64,000 bases of DNA from Somniosus microcephalus. Its lineage: Eukaryota. Below, piece after piece: positions 1-13,222 of this stretch; position 1 is the first letter of the stretch; each line of letters starts with the position of its first letter. Under the pieces are notes generated by a model. It searched no databases and was not told the origin of the DNA. It was given only the letters and a program-made list of their open reading frames with translations. Made by a program: the position numbers and the translations under genes. The stretch is from assembly GCA_052327205.1 (NCBI GenBank), contig CM126215.1, forward strand, positions 70,122,001 to 70,186,000, written 5' to 3'.

Positions 1-460
1 ATTGTCTGACATTTTTTGTATGTTTACAAATACATGATACATGTTGTACTATCATGTCACCTGCATCTGACCTCATTGGTGGAAGAATTCTGCTGTTCCT
101 TATGTGCGGGAAATGTGTAAAGAACGATTTCACTACAGACAGTGAAAATCTTCCTTTTTTCCCTATAGTCCAAAACTTACACCTTTATGTACCATGAAAG
201 TGAGCAGTGTGCCACAGATTTACAACGACCTTTTTACCATAAGTTTTCACACTGGAGGTTGCACTGGCCATCTACATCATGTCCTTCTCCCTATTACCTC
301 TGTACTCACCAACCTTCATTGGTCCTGCTTCCACTATTTCACTGGATTTAAAGTCCTCATTTATAAATCCCTCTATTTCCCCTTCCCACCTCTACAACCT
401 GCTGTAACCATAAATGTAGTACGTGCCATCTGCATCCTCCTTCAGCAGCCAATTGGATAG

Positions 461-881
461 ACTGGAGATGCTGGGGTTGTTCTCCTTAAAGCAGAGAGGC
501 TAAGAGAAGATTTGAGAGGTGTTTAAAATCATGAAGGGTTTAGATAGGGTAAATAAAGAGAAACTGTTTCCAATGGCTGATTGGTCGATAACCAGAGGGC
601 ACAGATTTAACGTGATTGGCAAAAGAACCAGAGGCAACATGAAGAAAAACTTTTTTATGCAACGAGTGGTTAGGATTTGGAATGCACTGCCTGATAGGGT
701 GGTGGATGCAGATTCAATAGTAGATTCAAAAGAGAGTTGGATACATATTTGGAGAAAAAATTGCAATGATCTGGGGAAAGAGAGGGGGAATGGGACTAAG
801 TGGATTGCTCTTTGAAAGAGCCAGCGCAGACTCGATGGGCCAAATGGCCTCCTTCTGTGCTGTACCGTTCTATGATTCTAT
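461..881 (+). mobile_element. CR1 LINE 3' fragment (RT C-terminus + 3' UTR)
   Basis: ORF 519-815 FKIMKGLDRV..TRGH..FFMQRVVRIWNALP is typical CR1 ORF2 C-terminus; ends in a TTCTATGA-type tail. Confidence 0.85.
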
Positions 882-883
882 TT

Positions 884-1324
884 AAAAAATAGCATTTATA
901 TAGCACCTTTCACGACCACCGGACGTCCCAAAGCGCTTTACAGCCAATGAAGTACTTTTGAAGTGTAGTCACAATGGAGGAAACAGCAGCTAATTTGCAC
1001 ACAGCAAGTGCCCACAAACTGCAACGTGATGATGAATCTGTTTTAGTGATGATGATTGAGGGAATAAACATTGACCAGGAATAACTCCCCTGCTCTTCTT
1101 TGAAATAGTGCCATGGGATCTGTCACGACCACCTGAGAGAGCACCGACGGGACCCTGACTTAACGTCTCATCCGAAAGTCAGCACCTCTGACAGTGCAGC
1201 ACTCCCTCATTACTGCACTGGAGTATCAGCCTAGATTTTTGTGCTCAGGTCTCTGGAGTGGGTCTTGAACCCACAACCTTCTGACTCAGAGGCGAGGGTG
1301 CCACCCACTGAGCCACAGCTGACA
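884..1324 (-). mobile_element. tRNA-derived Deu-type SINE (SacSINE1-like) with L2-like tail
   Basis: Minus strand starts GTCAGCTGTGGCTCAGTGG (A box) ... GGTTCAAGACCC (B box) and ends GCGCTTTGGGACG..AAAGGTGCTATATAAATG, like the L2 tail at 3404-3445; second copy at 36856-37545. Confidence 0.75.
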
Positions 1325-1539
1325 CAGTAAACCTCCTTCATCTTTCGTGGTCCCACTCTGGCTCATTCTCCCCAGAGTCCTTTCAAGCCTGCCCCACACA
1401 CGTTAATATTAATTCCTTGGGAACCCCGGGTAAAGGTTACGGAGGTGTTTTATATTCTCACAGCTCATCCTATTTCACGGTTTTTTATTTATTTGCAGGC
1501 AGACGCTGCCCGGGTTCAGTGACAGTTCAACAGGTCGAG

Positions 1540-1830
1540 CCCTGGTGGGGATGAGGGTAATCTCAGCCCCGGGCCCCGCTCTCACCCCTCTCCGGGGCCC
1601 CGAGCACTCAGCACTGTGACAAGCCTCACTCACCCGGCACATCATCTCCCTCCAACTCCGGCTCCGCCGCCATCCCCTCTCGCGGTACCGACCCGGAAGT
1701 AAACAAACCCGCCTGCCATTAGCAACCGAACAAACCGGCCGCCGCAGCGTCATCCTGCGGCTAACTGATGAACTACAGCGCCGCTCGACGGCCGCACCCG
1801 CCAATTGCAGCGGCCAGCCGCAGCGACCTC
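1540..1830. promoter_or_regulatory. CpG-island promoter of the minus-strand gene, with ETS/GABP motif CCGGAAGT (1693-1700) and CCAAT (1801-1805)
   Basis: Local high GC/CpG density around the exon; motifs read directly. Confidence 0.6.
1634..1673 (-). CDS. RPGR: Probable RPGR coding exon 1 (MAAEPELEGDDVP, phase-1 donor GTGAGT)
   Basis: ATG in a CpG-rich island, 40 coding nt then G|GTGAGT; resembles the acidic RPGR N-terminus (human MREPEELMPD, phase-1 intron); RPGR is the head-to-head neighbour of OTC in human; exon 2 not found in the window. Confidence 0.7.
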
Positions 1831-2965
1831 TTTTTCTTTGTCAGGAACTGCCCCAGGAAACCCTTGAGCGCCAACCACCAGCAACAAGCAGTCACCCAGC
1901 AAAGGGTGGCCATGAGAAAGTGGCTATCCATATTTGTTTTTTGCGCTTCACCTTTTTTATTGGGGAGGATTCTTGATTGGCTTTCCTTTGAACATGTGTA
2001 TGTCTGCAGTGGCTGGTGCCATTTCTTGCTTAAGTTAATTGTTGACACCTTTTAGTGGCTCTTGAGTTTCGATGGTGTCTCTGTGGGGGGTTATCCTGTT
2101 ATGCAGGTTTCCTTTGTTAAGTTTCACGCCGTTGCCTTAGGGGAGATCCATACACATCAAATGTATCTTTATTATTACATATACATCGTATCTTTATTAC
2201 ATACATCTTATATTAATAGTCTCGAGTCCATCACACATACAAAACATATTTTTATTCTTACACGGCTAACAACACTACAATCAGATAAGTTTTGTATTCC
2301 CGGTTTTAATTTACCAACCCAAATTGGACATTTTCTGGTGGTGCAACTTTAAAAAGCGGGGGCAATTGTTTATTAGATTCTGACTGGTGACACCAGTCTC
2401 ACCAATCAAAACAGCAAGAAATAGCTGAAGGAATTAGTGAGGAGGCACCAAGTTTCTTTGATGCTGCCTCAGAGGCCCTGGTGCAAGCAGTGGACAGAAT
2501 TAAGGACACCTTCACCTAGGGACCATGCAAACCTGCACTTGAATGGAGGCCTCGGATGAAGATTGGGGCGACTGTGAATTTCCCTCTTGGTAACAAACAT
2601 GAAAAATCAGCTTCAACAATGCTAAATGTAAAATGCAATTTTTTAAAAAATTCCAAGGTTATAAAAAAGTTAGTAGAATGACTAATTTGCATTTAAGCAC
2701 TTTTAATTGGATTCAAGCACCATAATCTGATATTTTAAAGACATGTATAATATTGTCTATGATACGTGATACCTGTACATTGGACTTAAATGTGCAGGAA
2801 CATTTTAATATGCAGTTGGTGTTGCACTACTATATTCTCACAAAAGAGAGAACTGGGATGGGGAGCATTGCTATCACTGAGAACGGAGTTAATAGATTGT
2901 ACACACTGCAGTTCAGACAGCTGGACAGCTCAAGGTTTTTTAAAGACTTCCCTCCTGTACTTTCG

Positions 2966-3466
2966 GCTGCCTGTGTCCTAACTCGCACCAAGTCCCGTTC
3001 ACCCAGCACCCCTGTGCTCGCTGACCTACATTGGCTCCTGGTTAAGCAATGCCTCGATTTCAAAATTCTCATCCTTGTTTTCAAATCCCTCCATGGCCTC
3101 GCTGCTCCCTATCTTTGTAATCTCCTCCAGCCCCACAACCCTCCAAGATATCTGCGCTCCTCTAATTCTGCCCTCTTGAGCATCCCTGATTATAATCGCT
3201 CAACCATTGGTGGCCTTGCCTTCTGTTGCCTAGTCCCTAAGCTCTGGAATTCCCTGCCTAAACCGTTCCGTCTCTCTACCTCTCTTTCCTCCTTTAAGAT
3301 GCTCCTTAAAACCTACCTCTTTGACCAAGCTTTTGGTCACCTGCCCTAATTTCTCCTTATGTGGCTCGGTGTCAAATTTTTTGTCTTTTAATACTCCTGT
3401 GAAGCGCCTTGGGACGTTTTACTATGTTAAAGGCACTATATAAATACAAGTTATTGTTGTTGTTGT
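2966..3466 (+). mobile_element. L2 LINE 3' fragment
   Basis: PVLADLHWL..FKILILVFKSLHGLAAPYL..LRSS..LWNSLP..FKMLLKTYLF; (TTG)n tail. Confidence 0.85.
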
Positions 3467-3721
3467 AAATATATATTTTTTTGTAAAGGGGAGAAATTAT
3501 CATAGTTAAAATTCTCCAATTTTATCTACAAGGAAAAATGTTCTGTTTGTACATCCAGCTTCCCCCTCCCCCACTTGAGCCTGTTAATAGACTTTGTAAT
3601 GACTGGGTACAGCAGAGATCAAGTTGTTAGGAGTTAGAACTACAAGTGTTAAGGTTTAAAATAGTAAAATGACAAATAATAGAGGTTGGAGGAATAAGGT
3701 TCCATTTTAAAATGAACATCC

Positions 3722-3840
3722 CCGGCAGCAGCGGCGAGAGGACAAAGAGCGGCCCGGGAGCGGACCTGAATTAAAGCCTCGGCAGTGGCGAGAGGATAAA
3801 GAGCGGACCGAGAGCGGACCTGAATTAAAGCAGCGGCGAG
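3722..3840 (+). repeat. ~52-bp tandem repeat (about 2.3 copies) in CR1 5' UTR
   Basis: GGCGAGAGGAYAAAGAGCGG..GCGGACCTGAATTAAAGC repeated. Confidence 0.8.
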
Positions 3841-6800
3841 GCTCCGATTCAAAAACAACATCAAAGAGTGATGTCACAGGAGAGCAGGTAAGTGATTGGT
3901 TGGTGAGTATTACAGCTTTTTTTTGCTCACTAAGTTAGGGAAGGGGGTTAAATTAAGAGCTGAGAAACTGTAACTTGCTAGTACTTATTAAATTAATAAC
4001 TTAAACTAAATAAAATAATCAAACAATAAACCTAAAATATCGATTGAATAAAATCTTTCACTAATTAATTAATAAATAAAACAAGGTTAGAGATGGCAGG
4101 GCAGGTAGTGTGTCATAACTGCAGCATGTGGGAGTTTGTGGAGAGCATCGCGATCCCGAGCAACCATATCTTCAGTAAGTGTCTGCAACTCGGGGAACTT
4201 CAGCACAGAATTGTTGAGCTGGAGTACGAGCTGCAGACATTGCGATGCGTCAGGGAGGGGGAGAGTTATCGGGACACTTTGTTCCAGGAGACAGTCACAC
4301 CCTTTAGGTTAAGTAGTACTTTAGAGTTCGTCAGTGGTCAGGGACAGGAGGGTGTGACTGCGAGTCGGGAAGGTATGGGGGCCCAGAATGTAGTGCTGGA
4401 GGAGCCTCAGCCCTGGGCCTTGTCCAACAGGTACGAGGTACTTTCTACCTGTATGGATGAGGAAAAGGACTGCAGGGTGGATGGGCAAACTGACTACGGC
4501 CCTGTGGTACAGGGGGCCATCCAAGTGGGGGGGGAGAAGGAAGGAATGTGGTAGTAGTAGGGGACAGTATACTGTTCTCTGCAGCTCTGAAAGAGAATCC
4601 CGAAGGCTGTGTTGCCTGCCCAGTGCCAGGGTTAAGGACATCTCCTCACGGCTGGAGAAGAACTTGGAGTGGGAGGGGGGAGGATCCAGTTATCGTGGTC
4701 CATGTAGGAACCAACAACATAGGTGGAACTAAGAATTAGGTTCTGCTGAGGGAGTTTGAGGGCTAGGGTCTAAATTAATAAGCAGAACCACAAGGGCAAT
4801 AATCTCTGGATTACTACCTGAGCCATGCGCAAATTGGCATAGGGTCAAGCAGATCAGAGAGGTAAATGTGTGGCTCAAAGAGTGGTGTGGGAAAAAGGGG
4901 TTTCAATTCATGGGGCATTGGCACCAGTACTGGGGAAAGAGGGAGCTGTTCCGTCAGGACGGGCTCCACTTAAACCGGGCTGGGACCAGCATCCTGGTGA
5001 ATTGAATAACTAGGGCTATGGATAGGGCTTTAAACTAAAAAAAAAAGGGGGGGTGGGGGTCACGTGAGGGGAAATTTACAAATCTAAAGAGAAAGGTCAA
5101 GGCAATAGAGCAGCATAGTGATTTAAGTAAAAATAGGCAGAGTGTGATAGGAAGGGACAGAGAGTTTAATGGTAGACGTGCAGCAGAGAATAAGGTCAAA
5201 GCAGGGAATAATGGTCAAAAAATTTAAATTAAAAGCCCTTTATCTGAATGCACAAAGCATTCATAACAAAATAGATGAACTAGTAACACAAATATAGATA
5301 AATGTGTTTGATCTAATAGCCATTACAGAGACGTGGTTGCAAGGTGGCCAAGGTTGGGAACTAAATGTTCCAGGGTACTTGACGTTTCAAAAAGAATGGA
5401 AAAGGAGGGGGGAGTAGCCCTGATAATAAAGGATGACATAAGGACAGTAGCGAAAAAGGATCTCGGCTTGGAAGATCAGGAAGTAGTATCAGTATGGGTG
5501 GAGATAAGGTATAACAAGGGGCAGAAAACACTGGTAGGAGTAGTATATAGGCCCTCTAATGGTAGCTATACTGTTGGACAGAATATTAAACAAGAAATAG
5601 TAGGAGTATTAAACAAGAAATAGTAGGAGCTTGCAACAAAGGTAATGCAATAATCTTGGGGGATTTTAATCTTCATATAGACTGGACAAATCAAATTGGC
5701 AAAGGTAGTCTGGAGGACGAGTTCATGGAATGCATTCGGGACAGTTCCCTAGAACAATATGTCATGAAACCAACCAGGGAACAGGCTATTTTAGATCTTG
5801 TATTGTGTAATGAGACAGGGTTAATTAGCAATCTCATAGTAAAGGATCCTCTGGGGCAGAGTGATCATAATATGATAGAATTTCACGTTAATTTTGAGAG
5901 TGACTTGCCTAAGTCCAAAACTAGAGTCTTAAACTTAAATAAAGCCAATTACATAGGTATGAGGGGAGAGTTGGCTAAGGTAGATTGGAAAGATAGATTA
6001 AAAGGTATGGCAGTAGGTAAGCAGTGGCTAGCATTTAAAGAAATATTTCATAATTCTCAATAAAAATACATTCCATTGAGAAACAAAAATTCCATGGGAA
6101 AAGTGACCCAACCGTGGCTAACTAAAGAAGTTAAGGATAGAATTAGCCTGAAAGAAGAAGCTTATAATGTTGCAAAGAATAATAGTAAGCCTGAGGTTTG
6201 GGAGAGTTTCAGAAACCAGCAATGGATGCCAAAACATTGATGAACTGGGAAAAAATAGAATATGAGAGAAAACTAGCAAGAAATATAAAAGAAGATTGTA
6301 AGAGCTTCTACAATTATGTAAAAAGGCAGAGAGTAGCAAAAGTAAATGTTGGTCCCTTGGAGACTGAGACAGGAGAAATTATTATGGGGAATAAGGAAAT
6401 GGCAGAAACGTTAAACAAATATTTTGTATCTGTCTTCACAGTAGAAGACACAAAAAGCATACCAAAAATGGTGGGGAACCAAGTGTCTAATGAGAGTGAG
6501 GAACTTAATGTAATTAATATAAGTAGAGAAAAAGTGCTAGAGAAATTAATGGGACTAAAAGCCAACAAATCCCCTGGACCTGACGGCCGACATTCTAGGG
6601 TTCTAAAAGAGGTGGCTGAAGAGATAGTGGATGCATTGGATTTGATCTTCCAAAATTCCCTAGATTCTAGAATGGTCCCAGCGGATTGGAAGGTTGCAAA
6701 TGTAACACCGCTATTCAAGAAAGGAGGGAGAGAAAAAACAGGGAACCTCAGGCCAGTTAGCCTGACATCAGTCATCTGGAAAATGCTGGAATCCATTGTT

Positions 6801-7831
6801 AAGGAAGTGGTAACAGGGCACTTAGAAAATCATAACATGATTAGGCAGTCAACATGGTTTTATGAAAGGGAAATCGTGTTTGACAAATTTATTAGAGTTT
6901 TTTGAGGATGTAACTAGCAGGGTAGATAAAGGGGAACCAGTGGATGTAGTATATTTGGATTTCCAAAAGGCATTTGATAAGGTGGCACATAAAAGGTTAT
7001 TACACAAGATTAGGGCTCATGGGGTTGGGGGTAATATAGTAGCATGGATAGAGGATTGGTTAATGGATAGAAAACTTTTTCAGGTGGCAGGCTGTAACTA
7101 GTGAGGTGCCACAAGGATCAGTGTTGGGGCTTCAGCTATTTATAATCTATATTAATGACCTAGATGAAGGGACCGAGTGTAATGCATTCAAGTTTGCTGA
7201 TGATACAAAGCTAGGTGGGACAGTAAGCTGTGAGGAGAACACAATGAGTCTGCAAAGGGATATAGATAGACTAAGTGAGTGGGCAGTAAGGTGGCAGATG
7301 GAGTATAATGTAGGGAAATGTGAGGTTATTCACTTTGGTAGGAAGATTAGAAAAACTGAATATTTTTTAAATGGTGAGAAACTTTCAAAAGTTGGTGTTC
7401 AGAGAGATTTGGGTGTCCTCGTGCAAGAAACACAGAAAGCTAGCATGCAGGTACAGCAAGCAATAAGGAAGGCAAATGGCATGTTGACCTTTATTGCAAG
7501 GGGGTTGGAGTATAAGAGTAAGGAAGTCTTGCTACACTTGTACAGGGCCTTGGTGAGACCACACCTGGAGTACTGTGCACAGTTTTGGTCTCCTTATCTA
7601 AGGAAGGATATACTTGCCTTGGAGGCGGTGCAACGAAGGTTCATTGGATTGATTCCTGGGATGAGAGTGCTGTCCTATGATGAGAGATTGTGTAGAATGG
7701 GCCAATACTCTCTGGAGTTTAGAAGAATGAGAGGTGATCTCATTGAAACACGCAAGATTCTGAAGGGGATTGACAGGGTAGATGCTGAGAGGTTGTTTCC
7801 CCTGGCTGGAGTGTCTAGAACTAGGGGGCAT

Positions 7832-9022
7832 TTTTTTTAAAATTCCTTTTATGGGATGTTGGCGTCGCTGGCAAGGCTAGCATTTATTGCCCATCCCTAA
7901 TTGCCCTTGAGAAGGTGGTGGTGAGCCACCTTCTTGAACCGCTGCAGTCCGTGTGGTGAAGTTACTCCCACAGTGTTGTTAGGTAGGGAGTTCCAGCATT
8001 TTGACCCAGTGATGATGAAGGATCGGCGATATACTTCTAAGTCAGGATGGTGTGTGACTTGGAGGGGAACTTGGAGGTGGTGCTGCTCCCATGCACCTGC
8101 TGCCCTTGTCTTTCTAGGTGGAAGAGGTCGCGGGTTTGGGAGGTGCTGCCGAAGAAGCCTTGGTGAGTTGCTGCAGTGCATCTTGTAGATGGTAAACACT
8201 GCAGCCATGGTACACTGGTGGTAGAGGGAGTGAATGTTTAAGGTGGTAGATGGGGTGCCAATCAAGCGGGCTGCTTTGTCCTGGATGGTGTCGAGCTTCT
8301 TGTGTTGTTGGAGCTGCGCTCATCCAGGCAAGTGGAGAGTATTCCATCACACTCCTTACTTATGCCTTGTAGATGGTAGAAAGGCTTTGGGGGGGTCTGC
8401 AGGTGAGACACTCGCTGCAGAATAGCTGGTCTCTGACCTGATCTTGTTGCCACAGTATTTATGTGGCTGGTCCAGTTAAGTTTCTGGTCAATGGTGACTC
8501 CCAGGATGTTGATGGTGGGGGATTCGGTGATGGTAATGTGATTGAATGTCAAGGGGCGATGGTTAGACTCTCGCTTGTTGGAGATAGTCATTGCCTGGCA
8601 CTTCTGTGGCTCGAATGTTACCTGCCACTTATCAGCCCAAGCCTGAACATCGTCCAGGTCTTGTTGCATGCAGGCATGGACTGCTTCATTATCTGAGGAG
8701 TTGTGAATGGCACTGAATACTGTGCAATCATCAGCGAACATCCCCATTTCTGACCTTATGTTGGAGGGAAGGTCATTGATGAAGCAGCTGAAGATGGTTG
8801 GGCCCAGGACATTGTCCTGAGGAACTTCCGCAGCGATGTCCTGGAACTGTGATGATTGGCCTTCAATCACCACAACCATCTTCCTTTGTGCTAGGTATGA
8901 CTCCAGCCAGTGGAGAATTTTCCCTCCGATTCCCATTGACTTCAGTTTTACTAGGGCTCCTTGATGCCACACTTGGTCAGATGCTGCCTTGATGTCAAGG
9001 GCAGGCACTCTCACCATAGTCA
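7832..9022 (-). mobile_element. 5'-truncated LINE (CR1/L2 group, RSg-1-like 3' end) inserted in the CR1
   Basis: ORF 8262-9023 RT (VPQ..LGP, FADD, WADKWQVTF); A-rich tail at 7832; short CAT duplication; same family at 11330-11690, 37020-37322, 61060-61291, 62325-63228. Confidence 0.85.
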
Positions 9023-9530
9023 CATAGTCTCAGGATAAGGGGTAGGCCATTTAGGACTGAGATGAGGAGGAATTTCTTCACTCAGAGGGTTGTGAATCTT
9101 TGGAATTCTCTGCCCCAGAGGGCTGTGAATGCTGAGTCTTTGAGTATATTCAAGACTGAGATAGATAGATTTTTGGGCTCTAGGGGAATCAAGGGATATG
9201 GAGATCAGGCAGGAAAGTGGAGTTGAGGTCGATGATCAGCCATGATCTTATTGAATGGGAGGGGCCGTATGGCCTACTCCTACTCTTATTTCTTATGTTC
9301 TTAAGAAAGGAATTTGGGGGGGATTATGTGACATAATTATTTCAGCAGATTAATATGTTAATCAGTGGTTATTTGAGCCAATCACCATAGGAACAATTCC
9401 ATGATCCCATGATACTATCACCATTCCATCTCTTCACCTCCCCATTCTACTGTCCCTCTCTCCTCATCACCTTACCCCTTTTGTCTTCTCCACTGAACCT
9501 CTGCTTCCCCTCTTTGCACCTTGCTGCTTT

Positions 9531-9846
9531 ACATATAGACTGAGCAAACCAAATTTGCAGTAATAGTGTGGAGGACGAATTCATGGAATGTATGCAAGAT
9601 AGTTTTCTAGATCAGTATATTGAGGAACCTGGGTGTCCTTGTACACAAATCACTGAGAGTTAACATGCAGGTAAAGTAAGCATTTAGGAAAGCAAATGGT
9701 ATGTTGGCCTTTATTACAAGAGGATTTGAGTATAAGAGTAAAGACGTCTTACTGCAATTATATCTTATTGAATGGCGGAGCAGGCTCGAAGGGCCAAATG
9801 GCCGACTCCTGCTTCTATTTCTTATATTCTTATGTTCTTATGGTTC
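9531..9846 (+). mobile_element. Internally deleted CR1 mosaic (APE piece + RT C-terminal piece + 3' UTR)
   Basis: Segments match 5675-5775, 7410-7535 and 9246-9301 joined directly. Confidence 0.65.
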
Positions 9847-11329
9847 TTTGCCCTAAACTACTTCTGTATTCCCCCATGTGCCCTATCTCCCTCTCCACCT
9901 TTACCCTGTCACCCTCATTTTGCCAGTATCCTAATCATAAACCCTTTTGCCATAGTAGTCTCCCTCGCTGGGCCTAGTGACTGCTCTTTGACAGTTTCCC
10001 AGCACTGCCTGGAAAATTGACTCGTTACTTTTTAAATCGCTCATAGTGCTTATAATGTATTTTCTGGTAAAGCAGTTAGGAGCACCAGCAGGTCCGAGAG
10101 CAAAGGACAGGCCATGCTGAGGAACACAGGCAGGGAGAGGAAAGCATGCAGGCCACAGCAGCCAAACGTAGGATAGGATGGGGAGCTTGGGGCTGAGGAG
10201 ACAGCCCATGCTAGCGATTGCTTTAAAAAGTGAACAGCCGGTAAACCAGCAAAGATCAAGCCTAGGAGTAGTTAAGCAGACAAGCCGCATCGACGAGCAG
10301 CCAGCCCAGGTGAGCAGCAAAATGTAAGTAGCAGGGGCGGAGTAACGGGAAGCAAAGATCTTTGCCACAAGGAGCAAACAGCATAGGAAAAAATAGAAAA
10401 AGTAAAACGTTACCAAAATGGGCCTGGGAAAGAGCAATGCCACCTATTGCTGGGAGGAACCAACCTGGTAGATGCAGTTTAGAGGCGCAGTACCCCAACC
10501 TGATGTTGGGGGACTAGCTTATACAGCTCCAGATGGTCAACTCTCAGTAAGCCCTTTTCAAAGCTGTAAAGCTCAGACCTCTGACACTGGAGATCAGCCC
10601 TTCTCAGAACTGCCTCCCTTGTGTATCAGTAACCATGAGTGGACACAGTACTCAAGGTGCGGTCTGACCAGAGTACTGTCGTTTCAGTGTGACTTACTCT
10701 GACTTCTATTCTACTGTTTTGCCTGTATAGTGCAGCATTTAATTGATTTTGTTCATCGCTATTCTGCATCGGTTGGACATGATGATCATTGAATGTATTA
10801 AAACCCCTATATATTAAATTTAAACTGCTATTGTTCCCTCTCCTACTTACATATGTTGTCCAACTTATCTTTTTGTTCCTATGCTGTCTCCTCAGATTAA
10901 ACTGCCCCTCCTAGTTTGGTCTCATCTGCATATTTGACAATATGGGGCACCCCACTCACACCTCCATCCCACCCTGACATAACTCTTGTAACAAGTACCT
11001 GCTTTCTACCCTTCAGCCAATTTCTTACCCATTTCCTAGTTTTACCTTGCATCCCCACTGTTTTAAACTTAACTAGTAGCCTTTCATAGGCTACTAAATG
11101 TCAATTTTTTTTTTAAGTCAAGGCACCATGTTGTAGACTTTATCATAGTCCACTTGGGATGTCCCTTCCTCAAAAACAAAATCTGGCACGTTGATCAGAC
11201 AGGAATTTCCCCTCTGAATCAACATTGTCTGTTGTTTTGCTAGGTTATTAACACAAAGGTAATCCTTAAAATCATTTCGGATCAGAGCAAAGCTGTGTAG
11301 CCCTATCATATCCTGTCAAAACATTTTTA

Positions 11330-11690
11330 AAATTTGTTTATGGGATGTGGGCATTGCTGGCAAGGCCAGCATTTATTGCCCATCCCTAATTGCCCTTGAA
11401 AAGGTGGTGGTGAGCCGCCTTTTTGAACCACTGCAATCCGTGTGGTGAATATACTCCCACAGTGCTGTTAGGTAGGGAGTTCCAGGATTTTGACCCAGCG
11501 ACAATGAAGGATCGGCAATATATTTCCAAGTCAGGATGGTGTTTGACTTGGAGGGGAACTTGGAGGTGGTGGCGTTCCCATGCGCCTGCTGCCCTTGTCC
11601 TTCTAGGTGGAAGAGGTCGCGGGTTTGGGAGGTGCTGCCGAAGAAGCCTTGGTGAGTTGCTGCAGTGCATCTTGCAGATGGTACACACTG
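11330..11690 (-). mobile_element. LINE 3' fragment (same family as 7832-9022)
   Basis: Near-identical to 7850-8200. Confidence 0.85.
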
Positions 11691-11874
11691 AAAATGGTGG
11701 TAGATAAACAGGTAACTAATAGCAGGAGGATGCTCCATGAACATCCCCGTCCTCAATTATGGTGGATTGAAACCAAAATATACTCTCATCACTATTTTGA
11801 TTTAATAAAAAGCAAAAAATATTGCAGATGCTGGAAACACAGTCAATAACAGACAAGAAATTATTTCAGATATT

Positions 11875-12478
11875 GAAAAGTAGGGAAGTTATGCTAAACC
11901 TGTATCGAACCTTGGTTAGACCACACTTAGAGTACTGCGTACAGTTCTGGTTGCCATGTTATAAAAAGGATATAGAGGCACTGGAGAGGGTGCAGAGAAG
12001 ATTTACAAGGATGATACCAGAAATGCGAGGGTATACATATCAGGAAAGGATGAACAGGCTGGGTCTCTTTTCTCTTGAAAAAAGAAGGCTCAGGGGTGAC
12101 CTAATAGAAGTCTTTAAAATTATGGAAAATGTTGATAGAGTGGATACAGAGAGATTGTTTCCACTTGTGGGGAAGAGCATAACAAGAGGCCATCAATAAA
12201 AGATAGTCATCAAGAAATCCAACAGGGAATTCAGAAGAAACTTCTTTACTCAAAGAGTGGTGAGAATGTGGAACTCGCTACCACAGGGAGTGGTTGAAGC
12301 GAATAGTATAGATGCATTTAAGGGGAGGTTAGACAAGCATATGAGGGAAAAGTGAATGCTGATAAATTTAGACGAGGAAAGACGGGAGGAGGCTCGTGTG
12401 GAGCATAAACGCCGGCATGAACTGGTTGGGCCGAATGGCCTGTTTCTGTGCCGTATATCCTAAGTAATCCTATGTAAT
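11875..12478 (+). mobile_element. CR1 LINE 3' fragment, (TAATCCTATG)-type tail
   Basis: [42 protein letters not shown]. Confidence 0.85.
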
Positions 12479-12719
12479 ATCTCATCCTTCAGCGGATGAA
12501 GGGCTAACTTGTCTATTCTGACCACAGTAGTTAATTGACCTGTTGAGTGTTTCCAGCATTCCCTATTTTGGTGGAGTAATATTATGCAAACAGCACATGG
12601 ATATTTACATGCATAACCACCACTAACAACATGCATGTCTATAGCACCTTAAAGATGGAAAACCCTCCCGGGCGCTCCACGGAAAAGGAAGGAGCTCAGG
12701 TAACTTTAGACTCTCCTTT

Positions 12720-13209
12720 TGGCCGCCTGCCTTTTCTGCAGCCTGGAGGAGTCCGTGTTCCATGTATATAGAGAATGTGAGAGGTTGCAGCCCCTTTCAT
12801 TATTTGAAGGGGCTGCTCCTCGACTTTTGGCTGCACTTCAGTCCCACGCTCCTGCTCTTTGGTCACCCGATGCGGAGGGTGAGCGGGCAGATCGGAGGAC
12901 CTCCTCGTAGGACTGCTCCTGGGCCTGGCGAAAATAGCCATTAACACTTCCAGGCAGCGGGCGGTCGAGGGGGTCGTGCGGCCCTATTGCCTGCCTCTCT
13001 TCTGCGGCCATGTTCGCGCCCGGGTGGCCCTGGAGATGGAGCACGCGGTGTCCGCCGGCACACTTGAGGCCTTCCGCGACCGGTGGGCGCCGGGGGGGCT
13101 GGAGTGCATCATCAACCCGGACAACCAAATTCTAATTTAATTTGTTAAGTTTTATTTAATGTTTTCTTAAGTTACAGTCGATTTGTTCAATCACCCCCAC
13201 CAGAAAGAG
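12720..13209 (+). mobile_element. Tx1-type (L1 clade) LINE 3' fragment with 13-bp TSD
   Basis: CxxC..E.VFHVY..C zinc knuckle and FRDRWAPGGLECII C-terminus; TSD TAGACTCTCCTTT at 12707-12719 and 13210-13222. Confidence 0.8.
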
Positions 13210-13222
13210 TAGACTCTCCTTT

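Larger units (their letters stand above)
3720..9301 (+). mobile_element. Near full-length decayed CR1 LINE: 5' UTR, ORF1 (Zn finger + SGNH esterase, ~4093-5038), ORF2 (APE endonuclease + RT, ~5230-9210), (TTCTTATG)n tail
   Basis: ORF1 CHNC and VVVGDS/VHVGTNN motifs; ORF2 GDFN, SDH, PQGSVLG, FADD; several frameshifts and stops; interrupted at 7832-9022. Confidence 0.92.

Noticed and set aside
1255-1324. tRNA gene (also 31020-31110)
   Set aside because: A/B boxes run into SINE bodies and tails, with no complete cloverleaf; these are SINE heads.
1475-2055. ORFs 1475-1804, 1768-2055 and 1773-2048 as genes
   Set aside because: Chance frames in a CpG island; the supported coding part is the 40-nt exon 1673-1634 in another frame.
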